DNA of 64,000 nucleotides from Gammaproteobacteria bacterium (GTDB lineage Bacteria; Pseudomonadota; Gammaproteobacteria; Steroidobacterales; Foliamicaceae): NCBI GenBank assembly GCA_963666765.1, contig OY762933.1, positions 833,814 to 897,813 of the forward strand, read 5' to 3'. Shown piece by piece: positions 58,458 to 64,000 of this stretch (position 1 is its first letter; each line of letters starts with the position of its first letter). The notes under the pieces were generated by a model. It saw only the letters and a program-made list of their open reading frames with translations, ran no database searches and was not told where the DNA came from. The position numbers and the translations under genes were made by a program.

Positions 58458-59269
58458 TAAGAGGCCATCGCGGGAGAGTTCATTACGGAGGACAAATCGT
58501 ACATACCCGGCGGGCGTCCGGCAAGCCACCGGGCGGCCCGCAGCGCTCCGGCGGCGAACACCCCGCGGTTCAGGCTCTGGTGCCGCAATTCGAGCACCTC
58601 GTCGTTACCGGCCAGCAGTACCGTGTGGTTCCCGGAATAGCCGCCGCCGCGCACCGCGCTGAAGCCGATCGTTCCCTTCTCGCGCTCGCCTGTCTGGCCG
58701 TGGCGCTGAAACACGGCAACCTTCGAAAAGTCCCGCCCGCGCGCCGCGGCGGCTGCCCTGCCGAGTTGCAGCGCGGTCCCGGAAGGCGCATCGGCCTTGC
58801 CGCGATGGTGCGTCTCGACGATTTCAAGGTCATAGTCCTCGCCCAGCCGCTCCGCGGCCACCTGGAGCAATTCCTTCAGCACGTACACGCCCAGGCTCAT
58901 ATTGCTGGCCTGCAACACCGCGATGCGCCCCGCCGCCTTCTCCAGGGCCGCCTGGCCCGCATCGTCGATTCCGGTCACGCCCTCCACCAGCGCGCAGCCG
59001 GCGTTGGCGCAGGCGTCCGCGATCGCCGCGGTCACCCCGGCCGAAGAAAAGTCGACCGCAACGTCCGCGTTTGCGACGCTCTCGGCCGGTGAACTGGTCA
59101 CGTTCACGCCGACGGCGGGCAGGTTTGCGGCCAGTCCGGCGTCCTGGCCGATCCAGGTATCCTCCGGCGCCGCCAGAGCGCCGACAAGCTCAAGGTCGCC
59201 GGAAGCAGCCACCCGCGTCATCAGTTCGCGGCCCATTCGGCCGCTGGAGCCCAGCAGACTGATCTTCAT
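58457..59269 (-). CDS. dapB: 4-hydroxy-tetrahydrodipicolinate reductase
   Basis: [19 protein letters not shown](P)-binding N-terminus and [18 protein letters not shown] motif. ATGA overlap with the dnaJ stop. Confidence 0.92.
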
Positions 59270-60393
59270 GAGGCGCGCCTCTCCCTGCCCTTGTTCCTGG
59301 CCCATTCGAGCAACTGCGCCCGGCGGGGCTGCTGCCGGTCGCCTTCGCGCTCGACTTCGCCGGCAAACTGCTCGAGCAGCCGCTTCTGCGCCCTGTTCAA
59401 CTCCACCGGCGTTTCCACTTCCATGTGGCAAAAGAGGTCACCCTTGCGTCCGCCCCGCGCCGGCTTTACGCCGCGATTGCGCAGGCGGAAGATGCGCCCG
59501 GATTGGGTGCCGGTAGGGATCTTGAGTTTCACGTTTCCAGTCAGTGTCGGCACTTCCACTTCTCCACCCAAGGCTGCGGTCGTAAAGCTTAAGGGAAAGC
59601 GGCAATGCAGGTTGGCTCCGTCCCGCTCAAAAAAGGGATGCGGCCGGACATTCATTTCTACCAGCAGGTCGCCGGCGGGCCCGCCGCGTTTCCCGGCATT
59701 GCCCTTGCCGCGCACGCGGGAACGGTCGCCCGTGTCAACGCCTGGCGGCACCTTGATGGAAATCTCCTCGCGCTTGCGGACCACGCCGTTGCCGGAACAG
59801 TCCCCGCACGGATCCGACACGACGCGCCCTTCGCCTCCGCATGCCCCGCAGGTCTGCCGGATGGAGAAGATGCCCTGCCGAACCTGGGTCTGGCCACTGC
59901 CTCCGCAGCGCCCGCAGGTACTTAAGCCAGCGCCTTGCCGGGCCCCTGAGCCGGAGCAGGTGGAGCAGGCCACCGTGCGCGGTATGGTGATCCGCGTGTC
60001 GGCGCCGAAAATGGCCTGGGTGAAGTCCAGGTCCAGCCGGTAGCGCAGGTTGGCGCCCCGGCGGGGCTGACTGCCGCCCCCGCGCCGGCCGCCGAACACT
60101 TCGCCAAAGATGTCGCCGAAAATCGTGTTGAAAGGGTCCGCGGACGCGCCGGCGCCCGCGCCCGCTTCGACGCCGGCGTGGCCGAACTGATCGTAGGCGG
60201 CGCGCTGCTGCTCGTCGCTCAGGACCTCGTAGGCGCGCTTGGCCTCCTTGAAACGATTGGCGGCTTCCTCGCCCTGGTCCGGGTTGCGGTCAGGATGGTA
60301 GCGCATGGCCAGGCGCCGGAATGCCTTCTTGACATCCGCTTCCGACGCGTTGCGGTCCACGCCGAGGACCTCGTAATAGTCCCGCTCGGCCAC
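59266..60393 (-). CDS. dnaJ: molecular chaperone DnaJ
   Basis: J domain with HPDRN, G/F region, four CxxCxGxG zinc-finger repeats. Confidence 0.97.
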   Translation of the reverse strand: MAERDYYEVLGVDRNASEADVKKAFRRLAMRYHPDRNPDQGEEAANRFKEAKRAYEVLSDEQQRAAYDQFGHAGVEAGAGAGASADPFNTIFGDIFGEVFGGRRGGGSQPRRGANLRYRLDLDFTQAIFGADTRITIPRTVACSTCSGSGARQGAGLSTCGRCGGSGQTQVRQGIFSIRQTCGACGGEGRVVSDPCGDCSGNGVVRKREEISIKVPPGVDTGDRSRVRGKGNAGKRGGPAGDLLVEMNVRPHPFFERDGANLHCRFPLSFTTAALGGEVEVPTLTGNVKLKIPTGTQSGRIFRLRNRGVKPARGGRKGDLFCHMEVETPVELNRAQKRLLEQFAGEVEREGDRQQPRRAQLLEWARNKGRERRAS

Positions 60394-60485
60394 CTATTTC
60401 CCTCCCGCGCCCACTCGGCGCGCACATGCAAGGCGGGTGAATCGTGCTCCCGGCAACGTTTCGCTACCCGCCGATACGCAGCGCG

Positions 60486-62426
60486 TCAGGCGGACTTCTT
60501 CTGATCGTCCGGCGTAACGTCCTCGAATTCCGCGTCGGTGACGTCGGCGTCCTCGCCGCCCGTGTCCATTTCCGGTTCCGCGCCGCCTGCCTCCTGCTCG
60601 GCCTGGGCCTGTTCCTGATAGACACGCTGGGCAAGCCCCGCCGCCGCCTCGGAAAGCGCCCGGCTCTTGGCTTCGATTACCGACTTGTCGTCGCCCGTAA
60701 GCGCCGTCTTAAGGTCGACAATCGCCGATTCGATGGCGGCCCGCTCGTCCGGCTGGACCTTTTCGCCCAGGTCGGACAGCGCCTTTTCGCTGGAGTGCAC
60801 CAGCCCGTCGGCCTGGTTGCGCACGTCCACCAGCTCGCGGAACTTGCGGTCTTCCTCGGCATGCTGTTCGGCCTCCTGCACCATGCGGTCGATCTCCTTG
60901 TCGGACAGCCCGCTAGAGGCCTTGATCACGATCTTCTGCTCGCGGCCGGTAGCCTTGTCCCTGGCCGAAACGTTCAGGATGCCGTTGGCGTCGATGTCGA
61001 AGGTCACCTCGATCTGCGGCACACCGCGCGGCGCCGGCGGAATGTCGGTGAGGTCGAAGCGGCCCAGCGACTTGTTGTCACCGGCCCGCTGGCGTTCGCC
61101 CTGGAGCACGTGAATCGTCACCGCCGATTGCCCGTCGTCGGCGGTCGAGAAAACCTGGTTGGCGCGGGTGGGAATCGTGGTGTTCTTGTCGATCAGCCGG
61201 GTCATCACCTGCCCCAGCGTCTCGATGCCCAGCGACAGCGGCGTCACGTCAAGGAGCAGCACGTCTTTGACGCTGCCCGAAAGCACGCCCGCCTGTATGG
61301 CGGCGCCCAGCGCCACGGCCTCGTCGGGATTTACGTCCTTGCGCGGATCCCGCCCGAAGAAGTCACGCACCGCTTCCTGGACCTTGGGCATGCGGATCTG
61401 CCCACCCACCAGGATCACGTCGCTGATGTCGCCGACGGAAAGCCCTGCGTCGGACAGCGCCGTGCGGCAGGGTTCGATCGTGCGGGCGATGAGGTCCTCC
61501 ACCAGTGCCTCGAGCTTGGCGCGGGTCACCCGGATGTTCATGTGCTTGGGACCGTCCGCGTCGGCCGTAATGAACGGCAGGTTGATCTCCGTCTGCTGCT
61601 GCGTGGACAGTTCGATCTTGGCCTTCTCCGCGGCCTCCTTGAGGCGCTGCATGGCCAGGGGGTCGGTGCGGATGTCCACGCCCTGCTCCTTCTCGAACTC
61701 GGCGGCCAGATACTTGATCAGCCGATTGTCGAAGTCCTCTCCACCCAGGAAGGTGTCGCCGTTGGTGGCCAGCACTTCGAACTGCGTCTCGCCGTCGATC
61801 TCGGCAATCTCGATGATGGAGATATCGAAAGTGCCGCCGCCCAGGTCGTAGACGGCGATCTTGCGGTCGCCGCGCTTCTGGCCCATGCCGTAGGCCAGGG
61901 CGGCCGCGGTCGGCTCGTTGATGATGCGCTTGACCTCCAGCCCTGCGATCCTGCCGGCGTCCTTGGTGGCCTGGCGCTGGGAATCGTTGAAATAGGCCGG
62001 CACCGTAATGACGGCTTCGGTCACGTCCTCGCCCAGGAAGTCCTCGGCGGTCTTCTTCATCTTCTGCAGCACGCGCGCGGAAATCTCGGGGGGCGCGATC
62101 TTGCGTCCCTGGACCTGCACCCAGGCATCGCCATTGTCCGATTCCACCAGCTTGTAGGGCACCATTTCGATGTCGCGCTGCACCACGCCGTCCTTGAACT
62201 TGCGCCCGATCAGACGCTTGATCGCATACAGCGTGTTGGTGGGATTGGTGATCGCCTGGCGCTTTGCGGACTGACCTACCAGGACCTGTTCGTCCTTGGC
62301 GAAAGCGACGATCGAAGGCGTCGTCCGGTCGCCCTCGGAATTCTCAATCACTTTGCCCTGCTTGCCGTCCATGACGGCCACGCAGGAATTGGTGGTCCCC
62401 AAGTCTATTCCGATAATCTTGCCCAT
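60486..62426 (-). CDS. dnaK: molecular chaperone DnaK (Hsp70)
   Basis: [18 protein letters not shown]... 646 aa. Confidence 0.98.
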   Translation of the reverse strand: MGKIIGIDLGTTNSCVAVMDGKQGKVIENSEGDRTTPSIVAFAKDEQVLVGQSAKRQAITNPTNTLYAIKRLIGRKFKDGVVQRDIEMVPYKLVESDNGDAWVQVQGRKIAPPEISARVLQKMKKTAEDFLGEDVTEAVITVPAYFNDSQRQATKDAGRIAGLEVKRIINEPTAAALAYGMGQKRGDRKIAVYDLGGGTFDISIIEIAEIDGETQFEVLATNGDTFLGGEDFDNRLIKYLAAEFEKEQGVDIRTDPLAMQRLKEAAEKAKIELSTQQQTEINLPFITADADGPKHMNIRVTRAKLEALVEDLIARTIEPCRTALSDAGLSVGDISDVILVGGQIRMPKVQEAVRDFFGRDPRKDVNPDEAVALGAAIQAGVLSGSVKDVLLLDVTPLSLGIETLGQVMTRLIDKNTTIPTRANQVFSTADDGQSAVTIHVLQGERQRAGDNKSLGRFDLTDIPPAPRGVPQIEVTFDIDANGILNVSARDKATGREQKIVIKASSGLSDKEIDRMVQEAEQHAEEDRKFRELVDVRNQADGLVHSSEKALSDLGEKVQPDERAAIESAIVDLKTALTGDDKSVIEAKSRALSEAAAGLAQRVYQEQAQAEQEAGGAEPEMDTGGEDADVTDAEFEDVTPDDQKKSA

Positions 62427-62470
62427 GCGTGAGTCTCCATCAAATTCAACACATTCGTTGCCAATACCCG

Positions 62471-62499
62471 ATATGAGGATTCAGGCCGTGCAATTCAAC
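62471..62499 (-). promoter_or_regulatory. sigma32-type heat-shock promoter of dnaK
   Basis: The minus strand reads GTTGAAT-N14-CCTCATAT (consensus CTTGAAA-N13-15-CCCCATnT), about 45 nt upstream of the dnaK ATG. GGAGA Shine-Dalgarno follows. Confidence 0.6.
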
Positions 62500-62524
62500 G
62501 GCCCCCATTCATCTGGAGCTAGCG

Positions 62525-62657
62525 CGCATGCTGTGCCGCCCAGCCCTCCCGGGAGACGCATGAATCCATCCAAGGAGCTTGGTTCCGCTGTGAGCGCCGG
62601 GTCATCGGCGCCCACTGGCTCACATACTCCCGGAAGGGCTGGGCGGCACAGCATGCG
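62525..62657 (-). ncRNA. long-stem structured element I in the grpE-dnaK spacer (29-bp stem, branched 75-nt interior)
   Basis: The arms at 62525-62553 and 62629-62657 are reverse complements with a single difference. That difference is a G:U pair on the minus-strand RNA. The interior holds further stems (TGTGAGC/GCTCACA, CCAAG/CTTGG). Confidence 0.45.
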
Positions 62658-62699
62658 AACGGCGGTAGTTGCTTCGGGCAAGTGTGAGGGGGTGCAAAA

Positions 62700-62783
62700 G
62701 GCTAGAGCGCGGTGATGCACCCTTCCTGGCAGGAGCGTCGCGAAGTGGCTCCAGAAGGAAGGGTGCATCACCGCGCTCTAGCC
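62700..62783 (-). repeat. perfect 28-bp inverted repeat (28-nt loop) spanning the grpE stop codon
   Basis: GGCTAGAGCGCGGTGATGCACCCTTCCT at 62700-62727 is exactly reverse-complementary to 62756-62783. The grpE stop (62778-62780) lies inside the right arm. Confidence 0.7.
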
Positions 62784-63347
62784 GTCTTCCGGGTCCTCAG
62801 CGGCGGGAGGTCCGGAACAGACCACGACCCGGGCGGCACGCAACAGCCGTCCCTGCATGAGATAGCCCTTCTGCATGACGGCCATTACGCAATCGGCATC
62901 CACCGACTCGGACGGCTGCATCCCGACTGCCTCGTGACGCTCGGGATCGAAGGGTTCGCCGTCAGGGTCCACCGGCTCCACGCCGAACTGCTCCAGGGCC
63001 TTCAACAGCTGCCGCAGCGTGGCCTGCTGTCCTTCCAGCAGGCTGTCGGACGTGGCTCCCTCGGCGGAAACCAGCCCGAGTTCAAGGCTGTCTATTGACG
63101 CCAGGAGCTCCCGCGCAATCTGCCGCTGGCCGCGCCCATAGGCGTCGCTGATTTCCCTTTGCGCTCGCCGGCGGACATTTTCGGCTTCCGCCACCGCGCG
63201 CAAGTGCGCCTCATGCTGTTGGTTCAGCGCCGCCTTCAGGCCCTCGATTTCCTTCGCAGGATCCTGCGGCTCGGCAGCCTCGGCGGCGGCCGCCGCATCC
63301 GGCGTGCTGTCGGCTTGCGGCTCTTCGGAATGCTTGCGCTTGCTCAT
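62778..63347 (-). CDS. grpE: nucleotide exchange factor GrpE
   Basis: Typical GrpE coiled-coil and C-terminal beta domain (FDPERHEAV...VMQKGY), 189 aa. Confidence 0.93.
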   Translation of the reverse strand: MSKRKHSEEPQADSTPDAAAAAEAAEPQDPAKEIEGLKAALNQQHEAHLRAVAEAENVRRRAQREISDAYGRGQRQIARELLASIDSLELGLVSAEGATSDSLLEGQQATLRQLLKALEQFGVEPVDPDGEPFDPERHEAVGMQPSESVDADCVMAVMQKGYLMQGRLLRAARVVVCSGPPAAEDPEDG

Positions 63348-63395
63348 CGGCAGTTTCCCCTATGCTTTCCGGAGACTAGTATTCCATGCGGGGGT

Positions 63396-63424
63396 ACTAT
63401 GGTGCATTATTCCTCTTTTTCAAG
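63396..63424 (-). promoter_or_regulatory. candidate sigma32-type promoter of grpE
   Basis: The minus strand reads CTTGAAA-N13-CACCATAGT, about 50 nt upstream of the grpE ATG, in the divergent spacer shared with nadK. Confidence 0.45.
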
Positions 63425-63467
63425 CTGTACCAGCCTGCCGGATTGCTGACGAACAAAGGTTCTGCTC

Positions 63468-64000
63468 ATGCCGAAAATCCAGTTTCAAAGGGTGGCGATT
63501 CTTGCCCGCGACGGGCACGGCGCCATCGCGCGGGCAGCCGGCGAACTGGCGTCCCATCTGACGGAACTGGGATGCTCGGCCACGCTTGCGCACGGGCAGC
63601 AGAATCTGACGGCGGCGCAGAACGCCCAGTTGATCATCGCCATGGGCGGGGACGGCGCCATGCTGCGCGCGGCGCAAGTCGCCGTGCGGGAGGACACGCC
63701 CCTGCTCGGCGTGAACCTGGGCCGGCTTGGATTTCTGGCCGACCTGGGGCAGGAGCGATTCGAGTCCGAACTGTCGGCGCTGCTCGCCGGCCAGTATTTC
63801 TCGGAACGCCGCATGCTGCTGAGCGCCAGGCTGACCCGCAGAAAGGGCAAGGCCCTGCGCGCCGCGGCGGTAAACGATGTCGTGGCGCATCGGAGCGGCG
63901 GAGCACGCATACTGGAACTCTCCACCACCGTCGACGCGCGCCATATCGCCACCCATCGCGGCGACGGATTCATCGCCGCCACGCCCACCGGCTCCACCGC
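63468..64000 (+). CDS. nadK: NAD kinase (partial, runs off the window)
   Basis: ATG 63468. MPKIQFQRVAILAR...IIAMGGDGAMLRAA...GVNLGRLGFLADL motifs. No stop before the window end, so it is absent from the ORF track. Confidence 0.85.
   Translation, partial: MPKIQFQRVAILARDGHGAIARAAGELASHLTELGCSATLAHGQQNLTAAQNAQLIIAMGGDGAMLRAAQVAVREDTPLLGVNLGRLGFLADLGQERFESELSALLAGQYFSERRMLLSARLTRRKGKALRAAAVNDVVAHRSGGARILELSTTVDARHIATHRGDGFIAATPTGST

Noticed and set aside
62427-62520. CIRCE (HrcA) operator or ROSE-type RNA thermometer upstream of dnaK
   Set aside because: No TTAGCACTC-N9-GAGTGCTAA-like sequence is present. The short 5'UTR after the sigma32-like promoter has no obvious Shine-Dalgarno-sequestering hairpin.

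Overview
High-GC (~65%) gammaproteobacterial chromosome segment. The conserved backbone has Pseudomonas-type synteny on the minus strand: grpE, dnaK-dnaJ-dapB-carA-carB-greA-rlmE and ftsH. It also carries rpsP-rimM-trmD-rplS, dapA/gcvR/bcp/bepA, a complete Rrf2-sufBCDSUT Fe-S operon, class I aldolase, sppA, and a TatT-type TRAP transporter (TPAT). Many gene junctions are 1-4 nt ATGA/GTGA overlaps. Accessory or unusual material is interspersed. (1) A reverse-order HipA kinase/HTH toxin-antitoxin-like pair with TCACTATAGTGA operators sits next to tRNA-Ser(GGA) and two gene remnants. (2) A 1356-aa lipoprotein combines Big_2, plant-type LRRs and a metzincin domain. (3) A ~2700-aa secreted protein combines a reprolysin-like metzincin domain, three thrombospondin-type-3-like Ca-binding tracts and three seven-bladed FG-GAP propellers. 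(4) A divergent O-methyltransferase/degenerate alkylsulfatase-like and small protein/aromatic amino-acid decarboxylase cluster. (5) A low-GC two-gene islet next to ftsH encodes an AAA+ ATPase-wHTH protein and a PD-(D/E)xK HsdR_N-like protein; it is the best candidate here for an uncharacterised defence/accessory module, but the evidence is circumstantial. (6) Two very long RNA hairpins lie between grpE and dnaK. No CRISPR array, rRNA, transposase or integrase was seen. All functional calls come from motif and family recognition by eye, without database searches.
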